Positions 37,095 through 49,547 are shown, counted from the first letter of the whole stretch. The stretch: 63,696 bases of DNA, filler included, from Octopus bimaculoides (GCF_001194135.2; 5 parts of 5 records of this genome joined end to end with filler, not necessarily neighbours in it); one strand, 5' to 3'. The notes: generated from the letters alone by a model not told the origin. Numbers and translations are program-made.

Positions 37095-39238
37095 TAATAA
37101 TAATAATAATGATAATAATATTATAATAATAATAANNNNNNNNNNNNNNNNNNNNNNNNNNNNNNNNNNNNNNNNNNNNNNNNNNNNNNNNNNNNNNNNN
37201 NNNNNNNNNNNNNNNNNNNNNNNNNNNNNNNNNNNNNNNNNNNNNNNNNNNNNNNNNNNNNNNNNNNNNNNNNNNNNNNNNNNNNNNNNNNNNNNNNNNN
37301 NNNNNNNNNNNNNNNNNNNNNNNNNNNNNNNNNNNNNNNNNNNNNNNNNNNNNNNNNNNNNNNNNNNNNNNNNNNNNNNNNNNNNNNNNNNNNNNNNNNN
37401 NNNNNNNNNNNNNNNNNNNNNNNNNNNNNNNNNNNNNNNNNNNNNNNNNNNNNNNNNNNNNNNNNNNNNNNNNNNNNNNNNNNNNNNNNNNNNNNNNNNN
37501 NNNNNNNNNNNNNNNNNNNNNNNNNNNNNNNNNNNNNNNNNNNNNNNNNNNNNNNNNNNNNNNNNNNNNNNNNNNNNNNNNNNNNNNNNNNNNNNNNNNN
37601 NNNNNNNNNNNNNNNNNNNNNNNNNNNNNNNNNNNNNNNNNNNNNNNNNNNGAACTTGCTAGTCATCTGCCAACATTTGAAACCGACATTACGCTGGCCT
37701 GGAACAGCTAGGTGCCAGGACGTACTCAATACTTGTATGCAGAGTGGAATATTATTTATCCACACACTGAAAGAATTAATCGATAGACAGCTAAATGAAA
37801 AATATGTGGTTGGTAAGCAAGCTACTTACCATACAGCCACTGGTATATACACATGTACATGCACATAAACTTACGCACACACACACATATATATACATAT
37901 ATAAATTATGTGGGACCCATGGAAACTCCACTGAATGGAAAAAGATTAAGGGAAGTTATTTAAGAGAGAAAGGATGATACACATTTTTATTTTGCTAAGT
38001 ATTTCATTTCCAGACACAATAATCTATCAAAATTATATTTTAATATTTCCATCTGCATTTCATCTGTCTTTACATTCTGAGTTCAAATTCCACCAAAGTC
38101 AACTTCACCTTTCGTCCTTTCGGGGTCAATAAATTAAGTACTAATTGTGTACTGTGGTCGATCTAATTGACTAGTCACCTCCCACAAAAATTTCGGGCCT
38201 TGTACATAGATGCTTTGGTTTCCCAGGAAGAAAAGGAAATGTTACATCACTTCAGGTTGTCTTTGAAGCACAAGAGTGACCTTCCATCTGACCTTCCTGT
38301 TGTATGTGTATATATATATATATATNNNNNNNNNNNNNNNNNNNNNNNNNNNNNNNNNNNNNNNNNNNNNNNNNNNNNNNNNNNNNNNNNNNNNNNNNNN
38401 NNNNNNNNNNNNNNNNNNNNNNNNNNNNNNNNNNNNNNNNNNNNNNNNNNNNNNNNNNNNNNNNNNNNNNNNNNNNNNNNNNNNNNNNNNNNNNNNNNNN
38501 NNNNNNNNNNNNNNNNNNNNNNNNNNNNNNNNNNNNNNNNNNNNNNNNNNNNNNNNNNNNNNNNNNNNNNNNNNNNNNNNNNNNNNNNNNNNNNNNNNNN
38601 NNNNNNNNNNNNNNNNNNNNNNNNNNNNNNNNNNNNNNNNNNNNNNNNNNNNNNNNNNNNNNNNNNNNNNNNNNNNNNNNNNNNNNNNNNNNNNNNNNNN
38701 NNNNNNNNNNNNNNNNNNNNNNNNNNNNNNNNNNNNNNNNNNNNNNNNNNNNNNNNNNNNNNNNNNNNNNNNNNNNNNNNNNNNNNNNNNNNNNNNNNNN
38801 NNNNNNNNNNNNNNNNNNNNNNNNNNNNNNNNNNNNNNNNNNNNNNNNNNNNNNNNNNNNNNNNNNNNNNNNNNNNNNNNNNNNNNNNNNNNNNNNNNNN
38901 NNNNNNNNNNNNNNNNNNNNNNNNNNNNNNNNNNNNNNNNNNNNNNNNNNNNNNNNNNNNNNNNNNNNNNNNNNNNNNNNNNNNNNNNNNNNNNNNNNNN
39001 NNNNNNNNNNNNNNNNNNNNNNNNNNNNNNNNNNNNNNNNNNNNNNNNNNNNNNNNNNNNNNNNNNNNNNNNNNNNNNNNNNNNNNNNNNNNNNNNNNNN
39101 NNNNNNNNNNNNNNNNNNNNNNNNNNNNNNNNNNNNNNNNNNNNNNNNNNNNNNNNNNNNNNNNNNNNNNNNNNNNNNNNNNNNNNNNNNNNNNNNNNNN
39201 NNNNNNNNNNNNNNNNNNNNNNNNNNNNNNNNNNNNNN

Positions 39239-39480
39239 GGCTTGTGCGGGTGGCACATAAAAGACACCATTTCGAGTGTGGCCGTTTTCGTGCGGGTGAC
39301 ACGTAAAAGCACCCACTACACTCTCTGAGTGGTTGGCGTTAGGAAGGGCATCCAGCTGTAGAAACTCTGCCAAATTAGATTGGAGCCTGGTGTTGCCATC
39401 CGGTTTCACCAGCCCTCAGTCAAATCGTCCAACCCATGCTAGCATGGAAAGCGGACGTTAAACGATGATGATGATGATGA
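39239..39480 (+). mobile_element. Young RTE-type tail in sense orientation, ending in (GAT)n
   Basis: Reverse complement of 29944-30182 with few differences. Confidence 0.85.
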
Positions 39481-39721
39481 TATATGAGCTAGACACATGT
39501 TTCTGTTAATCTGTCATACCTCAACTAGTACAAAGCCACTTCACTCAGCACTGCCCTTCCTCTCATTTGAGGAGGCTTTGTTTTGCCAGTTATGTAAGAA
39601 AAGTACCTGGTGATTGATGTTAGGAAGGGCATCCAGCCACAAAAACCCTGTCACAGAAGATGCTAGAGGTTGGTGCAGTCCTCTAAATAGCCAGATCCTG
39701 TCAAAATGTCCATCACGTTCT

Positions 39722-40350
39722 AATTGAGGATGACGATAATGATGATGATGATGAAGATGGTGGTGATGGCGATTATGAGGATTTCGATGATGCCAACAAC
39801 GATGAATTTGACAACACTTACAATGATGATGATGATGATGATGAAGATGATGATGATGATAAGGAGGAGGAGGACGACGACTACGATGATATTGATGAGG
39901 AGGAGTAGAAGATGATGATGATGGCGAAGATGAAGATGATGATGATGATGATGATGATGATGAAGAAGATGATGAAGACAATGATGATGCTGAAGATGAT
40001 GATTATGAGAATGATGATGATGATGATGATGATAAAGACGATGAAGTAAATGATTGTGATGANNNNNNNNNNNNNNNNNNNNNNNNNNNNNNNNNNNNNN
40101 NNNNNNNNNNNNNNNNNNNNNNNNNNNNNNNNNNNNNNNNNNNNNNNNNNNNNNNNNNNNNNNNNNNNNNNNNNNNNNNNNNNNNNNNNNNNNNNNNNNN
40201 NNNNNNNNNNNNNNNNNNNNNNNNNNNNNNNNNNNNNNNNNNNNNNNNNNNNNNNNNNNNNNNNNNNNNNNNNNNNNNNNNNNNNNNNNAATGATGATGA
40301 TGATGATGATGATAAAGACGATGAAGTAAATGATTGTGATGATGATGATG
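39722..40350. repeat. (GAT)n-rich trinucleotide expansion spanning a gap
   Basis: Read directly; the same sequence flanks both sides of the gap (about 40010-40062 and 40291-40345). Confidence 0.9.
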
Positions 40351-40879
40351 GTAAGAAAAATTAAATCCTGGATTAATTTCTTTTTACCATTGCATATTTC
40401 TAAAAATAATAGCAACAACAAAAATTATTATAATTATTATAATTATTATTATTGTTATTATTATTTTATATAAAAAATAAATAATTAATAAATAATTGAA
40501 TAAAGAAAACATTACTATTATTATTATTATTGTTGTTGTTGTTGTTGTTGCAATTCTGAATTCCATTAAACTAAAATTTTAAAGAGAGATTCTCCCAAAT
40601 TTGCATTTTTGGCATTTGAATGTTAGAAATGATGAAGAATTTAATATATTCCTGTAAGAAATGTCTTCTGGAATGTTCTGTGGATGTCTTTGAAATGAAG
40701 ATGGTTTGGTTGTGGGATAGGGTGGCACCAGGAAATGATGAGGAAGGTTAGGATGGAGGAGCAGAGGTAGGTAGGCAGGTTGGTTAGTAGGTAGATGGAT
40801 GGATAGAAATAGGAGAGAGGGAGAGGGGGGACCAAGGAAGGAAGAAGACAGGTGGGGGGGGAAGAGAGGAAGAGACAAA

Positions 40880-41222
40880 CACTCAAATAAATAGATAGAT
40901 GAATGGATGGATGGATGGATTGATGGATGGATGGACAAACGGACAGAGAGAGAGACAGACAGACGGATAGATGGATGGATGGATGGATGGATAGATAGAT
41001 GGACATATGGAAGGGTAGATGGATGGATGGATGGGTGGACGGACAAACAGACAGACGGACGGATGGATGGGTGGATGGACGGACAGACAGACGGATGGAT
41101 GGATGGACAGATGGATAGATAGACAGACAGACAGACGGACGGACGGACGGACAGATAGATGGATGGATGGCTGGATGAATTGATGGATATAAACACAGGT
41201 ATGTAGACAGACAGATAGATAA
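40880..41222. repeat. (GATG)n / (GACA)n / (GACG)n tetranucleotide mosaic
   Basis: Read directly; source of the spurious SIHP-rich ORFs. Confidence 0.95.
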
Positions 41223-41325
41223 GAGTTTTGCATTTCTGTTTGTTGGACAGTTTTGTTTGGATCCTAAACCAAACTGTCTGATGAATGGGAACGTTTTCAT
41301 AAAGTGTATATATATATATATATAT

Positions 41326-41545
41326 AATTTTCGATAATTTCAATTGATTTTAATCGATTTAAATTTCCTTTCTATTTGAAAATTAGTTATGAAACACGTG
41401 TAATCATTTTATTATATTTATCTTATGATATTTACTTTGCTTTATATTATACTCATTTATTGTGCATTTAATTGTTAATTTTTCTATATGTGATAGTGGA
41501 TTTTCATCGATGAGTTCTTGAAACTTGGTTATTTTCCCTAAAACT
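41326..41545. repeat. AT-rich dispersed repeat flanked by (TA)n; second copy inverted at 52505-52722
   Basis: About 220 bp matching the reverse complement of 52505-52722 with scattered substitutions. Confidence 0.85.
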
Positions 41546-42164
41546 ATATATATATATATATATATTAAATTCAAATTACGACAAATGTAAATAAACAAAT
41601 GAAGTTTGCTTTTAGAAGCGTTGAGATGTCTTTAGAAAGTTAAAGAAGTGATTTTAAATTCTCAAGAATGAATGAAAGAAGAAGAAGAATGAATGAATGA
41701 AAGAAGAAGAAGAAGAAGAATTTGAGGAAGAATTAGACAAAGAAGAATTGGATGAGAAATTCTGAATATTTTTGCATTTCTGTCCATTAGTTTTCCAGCA
41801 ATTTATTATTCTTGTGCTGTGTAGGCAACTATTTTTTAAATTTTTGCTTAGAAGCTCAGTTGAAGAGTAAACTTAGACATGAGTCCCACGCCTGAGCAGT
41901 TAACAGCAAGCAAAAGCTACACAAGAATTCGTCATTTTGGTAGGAAAACACAACATGAAATAGAGGAGCTGCCAAAAACAACGGAGAACAGTGATTTTTG
42001 GTGTGACATAGTAAAACACATTTTGGTTGTGATTGCTTACATGAAAAATATGGTTTCCTTTAAAAATATAGAAAATTAACTTCTAGCAGACTCCAAGGAA
42101 CTGCCGATAAGGAATATAACTGCCATTCATTGATTAAAGAATTTTTATCAAATTTAGACGATAC

Positions 42165-42545
42165 AGGTTTTCTTTCACTTCTTCCTCTTTCTCTAAATCT
42201 TCTTCTTCTTCTTCTTTTTCTTTTTCATCTTCTTCTTCTTCTTTTTCATCTTCTTCTTCTTTCTCCAATTCTTCCTTTTTCTCCAAATTGTCTTCCAATT
42301 TTCTACTTCTTTCTTGAATTCTCCTTTTTCCAATTCTTCTTCCTTCCAATTTCCACTTTTTTCTCCATTTCTTCTTTTTCCATTTCTTCTTCTTTCTCCA
42401 TTTCTTCTCTTTCTTTCTCTAGTTCTTTCTTCTTCTTCTTTCTCCAATTCTTCGTTTTTCTCCAAATCGTCTTCTTCCAATTTTCCACTTCTTTCTCCAT
42501 TTCTTCTTCTTTTTCCTTGTCTTCTTCTTCTTCTTCTTCTACTTA
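42165..42545. repeat. Polypyrimidine (TTC/TTTTC-rich) minisatellite
   Basis: Recurring ttcttcttctttctccaattcttc...ttttctcca units. Confidence 0.9.
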
Positions 42546-42911
42546 ATCATTGAGTGGATTGAATACAAATTCCAAACCAAGGGTATCAGTCATCATACTC
42601 TGGAAAACCCTAACACTTCATAAACGCTGAAAACCACTCCACTACAGTCATGATAGGCGCAGAAACTCCTAACATAAAATTAAGGATCTACCAAATTTAA
42701 TAGGGAACAGAGATTCCTTGCATGGTAGAAGGGAAACCCATCACAGTTACCACAGCATAAAGAAAACTTAATATCAGGGAATTGGACAATATGAGAAATT
42801 TCTGATTTTTCTGCCATGTTTTTCTCTTTCTCTTTGAAATCATTACATTGTAATTATTGCATCATCGTTTTGCATTGATACAATATATTTAGGTGTAAAA
42901 ATTGATCAACA

Positions 42912-43083
42912 AGCACAGGAGTGGCTGTGTGGTAAGTAGCTTGCTTACCAACCACATGGTTCCAGGTTCAGTCCCACTGTGTGGCATCTTGGGCAAATGT
43001 CCTCTACTATAGCCTCGGGCCGACCAAAGCCTTGTGAGTGGATTTGGTAGACGAAGGCTGAAAGAAGCCCGTCGTATATATGC

Positions 43084-43115
<32 letters not shown>

Positions 43116-43490
43116 NNNNNNNNNNNNNNNNNNNNNNNNNNNNNNNNNNNNNNNNNNNNNNNNNNNNNNNNNNNNNNNNNNNNNNNNNNNNNNNNNNNNN
43201 NNNNNNNNNNNNNNNNNNNNNNNNNNNNNNNNNNNNNNNNNNNNNNNNNNNNNNNNNNNNNNNNNNNNNNNNNNNNNNNNNNNNNNNNNNNNNNNGTGTT
43301 TGTCCCCCAACATCGCTTGACAACCAATGCTGGTGTATTTACGTCCCCGTAACTTAGTGGTTCGGCAAAAGAGACTGATAGAATAAGTACTAGGCTTACA
43401 AAGAATAAGTCTTGGGGTCGATTTGCTCGACTAAAGGCAGTGCTCCAGCATGGCTGCAGTCAAATGACTGAAACAAGTAAAGGAGTAACA
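42912..43490 (+). mobile_element. Young SINE family A with a gap in the central microsatellite
   Basis: gcacaggagtggctgtgtggtaagtagc...ggttcagtccc...gaaagaagcccgtcgtata [(TA)n, N] gtgtttgtcccc...gactgaaacaagtaaaggagta. Confidence 0.85.
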
Positions 43491-43639
43491 TAGTTGTTGT
43501 TATAAAATTACTATTTTTAAATCTCACAACGAGAGATATTCAGCAACAGTACTTTGTAGTAAAGGTCGTTTGCCAACATAACATGGCAGTCCTGGTTTAG
43601 GACGAATGTTGCTGTAATTTAACCCCAGGAGACATCGTC

Positions 43640-43866
43640 TTCAGCTGGCTATATGACTCGATCTGTGTCCTTATATTTTCAAACAAGGGAATCTAGCACC
43701 CCCACTCAGCTCAAAACCATATCTGTGTATCACGATTTCCAGGTGCTGATGAAGGGAAATAACCCAGAAATCACGATACACAGATATTGTTTTGGGCTGA
43801 GTGGGGGTGCTAGATTCCCTTGTTTGAAAATTTAAGGACACAGGTCGTGTTGTATAGCCAGCTGAA
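43640..43866. repeat. Long inverted repeat with arms of about 100 bp (43640-43738 and 43767-43866)
   Basis: ttcagctggctata...gtgtatcacgatttc versus gaaatcacgatacac...tatagccagctgaa. Confidence 0.92.
43743..43781 (+). ncRNA. Candidate minimal type-I hammerhead ribozyme, family 2, at the centre of the inverted repeat
   Basis: GUG-CUGAUGA-A-GGG(AAAUAA)CCC-A-GAAA-UCACGA-UA/CAC. Stem I is only 3 bp and stem II is flanked by an A/A mismatch. Confidence 0.5.
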
Positions 43867-44340
43867 TAATGACAGAGATCCAAGGCATCACTGGAACTGC
43901 AAAACTCTGTAAAACTTTCCAAAAGTTTATCATTTAAGTATATATAAGCATGTCTAGATATGCAACTATATGCATGAGAATGCATACATAAAAGAAAACA
44001 TACAAATCTGCATATGCACCGGTTCTAAATACTGCACATATACACACATAAATGCAAAAATACCCCGTTGGTGTTGTTGAAATTTCCAATGAAGAAGCTT
44101 TGGATCTAGGTTAGAAACCGGCTCTTCCTCTATTTGAAAGAAATGTTGAAATAAAACTGATTAATGACATACCTATATACCTATATATTTTATTCTAATT
44201 GACTGAGAAGGTACAAAATTGATCCAAGTGAGACAACTGTCATGCACAAAACTCTTGACCTTTGAGTCACTCTGTACAGTCTGATGATTAATAAAGATAC
44301 TTATATTCTAATGCTTCAAATCCTATTTTCCTGTTTGCAT

Positions 44341-44389
<49 letters not shown>

Positions 44390-44478
44390 NNNNNNNNNNN
44401 NNNNNNNNNNNNNNNNNNNNNNNNNNNNNNNNNNNNNNNNNNNNNNNNNNNNNNNNNNNNNNNNNNNNNNNNNNNNNN

Positions 44479-44539
<61 letters not shown>

Positions 44540-44594
44540 ATACATGTATGCATGTACATGTATGTATGTGTATATATGTATGAATATACATAGT

Positions 44595-44640
<46 letters not shown>

Positions 44641-44896
44641 TATATATATGATATAGTCCAACCCACCACAGTATGGAAAATAGATGTTAAATAATGACGA
44701 CGATGATATATGTAAACACACACACACACATACATATGTATATACACACACATATATACATATATATACACACACACACACATACGTACATAAATATGTA
44801 TACACACACACACATATATATATATATAAAAAACAATCAATGTTTATGTTTACAAGTTATCCATATTAGGGTTATATTTGTTCCACTTGAGGCAAG

Positions 44897-44938
<42 letters not shown>

Positions 44939-45427
44939 GACGTTGTTGTTATTGTTGTTGTTGTCATCTCTGAATATGAATAAATAAGGTCCATAAAAGT
45001 TATTTTTATGCTCCGCAGCAGGTGGGGGGTTCTTAGCCCTAAGATGTCGGAATTGAATCACACAGTCAAGGGGGTATGAGATTTTGTAACTATAGCAACA
45101 GAGAAAGTGAATAGGAAGTGTGAGAAGGGGGGAGAGGATGTGAGTGAGGAAGGGGAGAAATGGAGAGTAAGAAACAGAGAGGTTTAGATGGAGGGAGAGA
45201 GATTNNNNNNNNNNNNNNNNNNNNNNNNNNNNNNNNNNNNNNNNNNNNNNNNNNNNNNNNNNNNNNNNNNNNNNNNNNNNNNNNNNNNNNNNNNNNNNNN
45301 NNNNNNNNNNNNNNNNNNNNNNNNNNNNNNGAGGGAGGGAGGGAGGGGGAGTTGGAGAATGAGAGAGAAGGAGAGTGAGGGAGAGAGGAGAATAGTGAGA
45401 GAGAAATAAGTGAGTGAGAGAAGGGAG

Positions 45428-45467
<40 letters not shown>

Positions 45468-46327
45468 AGACAAAGACAAGGTGGAGTAGGAGGGGATAGA
45501 GAGATGGAAAGTAAGAAAGAGAGATGGAAAGTAAGAAAGAGAGAGAAAGAGCAAGGAGAGAGAGAAAGAGCAAGGAGAGAGAGGAAAGAGAGCAGAGAGA
45601 GAGAGAGAGAGTGAGAGTGAGAGGTTTTGTTGGTGAGAGAGGAAGAGAGAAAAGGTGAGAGGGAGTGAGAAGAAGAATGAGAGAGAAGAAGGGGGAGATT
45701 GAGAGAGATAGAGAGGTAAAGGAGGGAGAAAACTTATAGATACAAGAGCAGGGAGAGAAAGAGAGTTTTAGTGAAACAGAGTGAAAATGAGAGACAGAGA
45801 TACAGCAAGACAAAGTGAGGAAGATATAAATACAAATTGATAAATAAACACACACAAACACATTTGTTATGTTTTTAAACATGACTAAATTTGATACATT
45901 TCATAAAGTTACATGGTTAAGAAATTTGCTTCTTAACCACATGATATCCAGTTCAGTCCCACTGCATGGTACCTAAATGGTTCAGGAACTTACATCTGAA
46001 GAATTAGTTCCTAATGAAACCCTTCTCACAGTTTTTTTTTTTTTTGCTTGTTTTCACAGTGTTTTCGAGTTTTTTTTTTTCACAATCAGTGTTTCTATAA
46101 TTCTTTTCAACCTTTTAGCGTTCAAACTGGCCATATCTGGTCTAAACATTCTACCTGTTTTATGTTCAAACTGGACAGATCTGGTTCCTCTCATCTACCC
46201 TAAAAAATAAAAAGTCCTCTACCTTCCCCTTTACCCTTCACTACCTCTTTTCGTTCTCTCACCTCCCCTCTCAGTACAACACAATGATCATATTTCTCCT
46301 TTCACCCCCACCTTTCCATGCTTGACC

Positions 46328-46651
46328 GAAGGCACATGGCTTAGTGGTTAGGGCATTCGGCTCACAATTGTAAGGTCGTGAGTTCGATTCCTGGTGACAT
46401 GTTATGTCCTTGAGCAAGACACTTTATTTCACATTGCTCCGGTCCACTCAGCTGGCAAAAATGAGTTGTACCTGTAATTTAAAGGGGCCAGCCTTGTCAC
46501 ACTCTGTATCACACTGAACCTCCCTAAGAACTACGTTAGGAGTACACGTGTCTGTGGAGTGCTCAGCCACTTGCACGTTAATTTCATGAGCAAGCTGTTC
46601 CGTTGATCGTATCAGCTGGGACCCTCATCATCATAACCGACGGAGTGCTCC
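46328..46651 (+). mobile_element. tRNA-derived SINE with family B core/tail and a different head; 13-bp TSD
   Basis: TGGCTTAGTGG A box and GTTCGATTCC B box; TCCATGCTTGACC at both 46315-46327 and 46652-46664. Confidence 0.9.
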
Positions 46652-47204
46652 TCCATGCTTGACCATTATCCTGTTCAGTCATGCTTCCTTGAGCTCCCAC
46701 CTTAGCATTTACCTTCAACCCAGGATTCACTTCATTTTCCTCCATCTGTTCTATCTTTCTGTCTCTTTCTTCCATCCTTCCACATCTCTTTCTATCTCTC
46801 TACTTTCCTTTTCAAGTTCTACAAGATATCATTTTCTGTAAGCACAACTTCTACATCTGTCTTGTCTCAAAGCTGTCTCATAGCTATAGACCCCTTTGAT
46901 TCCTATTTCCCTTGTGTGGGTCCCAGCATTGCCATTCCATGTTTAAAAAACCCTTTTGTATTTTCATAATTAAATATTTCAGAACATGTATAAAAATTGT
47001 TAAAACATTTTGTGTCTTATGGAAGTATAAACAATTTATTGCACATAAACTGGTCTGAAGCACAATTTTTTCATGGCCCCTGAAAAATTATCAAGAAACC
47101 CCAATTTACTATATTGTATCCATGGACACCCCAAAATCTTATATGGACCCTCGTTGAGAGCCCCTTTACTTATATGTATATATTTTATCTGTACGAACAA
47201 CTTA

Positions 47205-47665
47205 AAGGTAGTGGGTAGCTATTTTCTTCACTACTTCGGGGAGTGACAACTCTACCTGACACAAGTCCTGGCTCAGCTGGCTCCGGTTGACAGTATCCGG
47301 TGTGGGCTCCTATCCAGGGTTACAGAAAGGAGACAACCTTCAAAGAAATCCGGAGTGGAGCCCCGTAGGTGGTTTAGTGTTCGACTCGACACTCTTCCGG
47401 CAGCTCCTGCAACCAAGCTGGTGCCAAACGTAATGCTCTGAACTCCTTTGGGCTACGTCAGCAAGGTCAAGAGAGGAATCCTGACGATTGGACTACCCAG
47501 GATTTTCTTAAGTCTAGCCCAGGCCTGCACAAAACTGGAGAGGACACTTCAGTAAAACCAGCCAGGCAAAGTCTTCGCTACATCTGCGTCACTTGCCAGA
47601 GGGAGTGTTCGTCCAGGATAGGGCTACGCAGCCATAGCAACAGATGTAAATGACATGGAATGTAA
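47205..47665 (+). mobile_element. RTE/BovB-like derivative: GC-rich leader joined to the ORF C-terminal zinc knuckle
   Basis: About 47550-47660 encodes KPARQSLRYICVTCQRECSSRIGLRSHSNRCK*, like the C-x2-C..H..C end of BovB-type ORFs. The upstream GC-rich part resembles RTE 5' leaders, from recollection. Confidence 0.65.
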
Positions 47666-48253
47666 AAACCAGTCTGGACTATTTTATGTGCAACTCCATT
47701 GTCTCCCGAGACAAAAGGATACCAACAACAAAAACAACAACAACTAACAACTTGTGTCATTTTCTGTAATGTCTTTTCATATTCCATTGCTCTTTGTCAT
47801 TTTGTTTATCATCTCCACCCTCTATGTTTCTCTATTTATTCCCAGCAGCATTTTGCTGGTTGACGCCATCAAAATGAACAATCTTATCATTAAAGGTATG
47901 AAACTGTGATGATTTCTGAACGATAACTGATGAAGGAAGGACATGTCAGATGTAGCCAATATGGAGGAAATATAGCAATTGCTCTCTATTGTTTGGAGGT
48001 GAGTAAACACATCTGGTTTGCAGTTGGTGTGAAAAAGATGATGAAATGAAATGAGTAGGAGATTGAGTTAATAGTTATGTTCCTTGGTACTAAAACGTCG
48101 CCACTGGGGTGGTTAGGTTGCAAGTCAGTAAGAATTTTCTGGAAAAGTCTGTGGGAAATGTGTGTGTCCTTAAGATTAGGGATCTTGTGGAAATTGAATA
48201 TTTGTGTAATGGTACTATATGTATAATCTTTGCAGGGGGTGTGGGCATACACA

Positions 48254-48291
<38 letters not shown>

Positions 48292-48385
48292 CATATACAT
48301 ATATACACACACTTCATCTTGCATTGACCTGCGATCTCTTTGACATCTGATGTGTAGCAAAACTATGTACCTGTACAGGCAATAT

Positions 48386-48423
<38 letters not shown>

Positions 48424-48424
<1 letters not shown>

Positions 48425-48695
48425 CATCATCATCATCATCGTTTAACATCCGCTTTCCATGCTAGCATGGGTTGGACGATTTGACTGAGGACTGGCAAAC
48501 CGGGTGGCTGCACCAGGCTCCAATCTGATCTGGCAGAGTTTCTACAGCTGGATGCCCTTCCTAACGCTAACCACTCCAAGAGTGTAGTGGGTGCTTTTAC
48601 GTGCCACCAGCACGAGGGCAAGTCCAGCAGTACTGGCAATGCCCATGCTCAAAATGGTGTTTTTTACATGCCACCTGCACAGGAGCCAGTCCAGT
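48424..48695 (-). mobile_element. RTE-type LINE tail
   Basis: (CAT)n + cgtttaacatccgctttccatgctagcatggg module. Confidence 0.85.
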
Positions 48696-49397
48696 GGCAT
48701 GTGCGTGTATATGTTTGTGTGTCTGTGTTTGTCCCCCCCAAAATCACTTGACAACTGGGTTCGATTTGCTTGACTAAAGGCAGTGCTCTAGCATGGCCAC
48801 AGTCAAATGACTGAAATGAATAAAAGAGTAAAGAATAACAAAACAGTAAAAATTCCACTTTCCACAGCAGAATTTTGGGGACAAAATTTTATCAAGGAAT
48901 TTTATCAAGGTAGATATTTCTGTTGCTTGATGCCTTTTCTGCTGCCAACACTTGTCTCTTTCCAGACACGATTATTTCCACATAGAGTGAAAAGACAGTA
49001 CACTGCTTGTATGACAGTCACACTTGTTTACTGCATCATATGGTGTCAAGGCAAGGAGACAGTAACATGCACACACACACACACATACACACACACACAC
49101 ACACATATTAAACTTCCATAGTAAAAATAAATGCAAATTTAACTATTTCTCCATAGATTGTAAAAAATGCTAGGCCTGGCTGTGTGGTGAGAAGCTTGCT
49201 TCCCAACGACATGGTTCCAAGTTCAGTCCCACTGCAGGGCATCTTGGGAAAGTATCCTCTACTATAGTCACTGGCCGAACAAAGCTTTGTGAGTGGATTT
49301 GGTAGACAGAAACTGAAAGAAGCCTGTCATATATATACATATATATTGTCTGAAGTATGTAATCATGGAAAAGTAGACATTAAAACAATGTGGATGA

Positions 49398-49431
<34 letters not shown>

Positions 49432-49547
49432 TTTTTTATTTGTGGATTAACAAGGTGACTAATGGTTTCATGTGGAAAAATCTCCAAAATTTCAAAGTGG
49501 TTTTCTCAGAAGTATTGTCCAAAGTAAGTTTTTACTTTATATATATA

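Noticed and set aside
41500-41535. TCGATGAGTTCTTGAAACTTGGTT as a reduced hammerhead
   Set aside because: Stem II is essentially absent and stem I does not form.
41879-42079. 66-aa ORF MSPTPEQ... as an exon or transposase fragment
   Set aside because: No recognisable motif or supported splice structure; cannot be assigned without a search.
44075-44140. GAAACCGGCTC with a near-palindrome as a hammerhead 3' half
   Set aside because: The upstream junction (CCAATGA) lacks the invariant G5.
47922-47965. CTGATGAAGGAAGGACATGTCAGA as a hammerhead
   Set aside because: No coherent stem II-GAAA-stem III arrangement.
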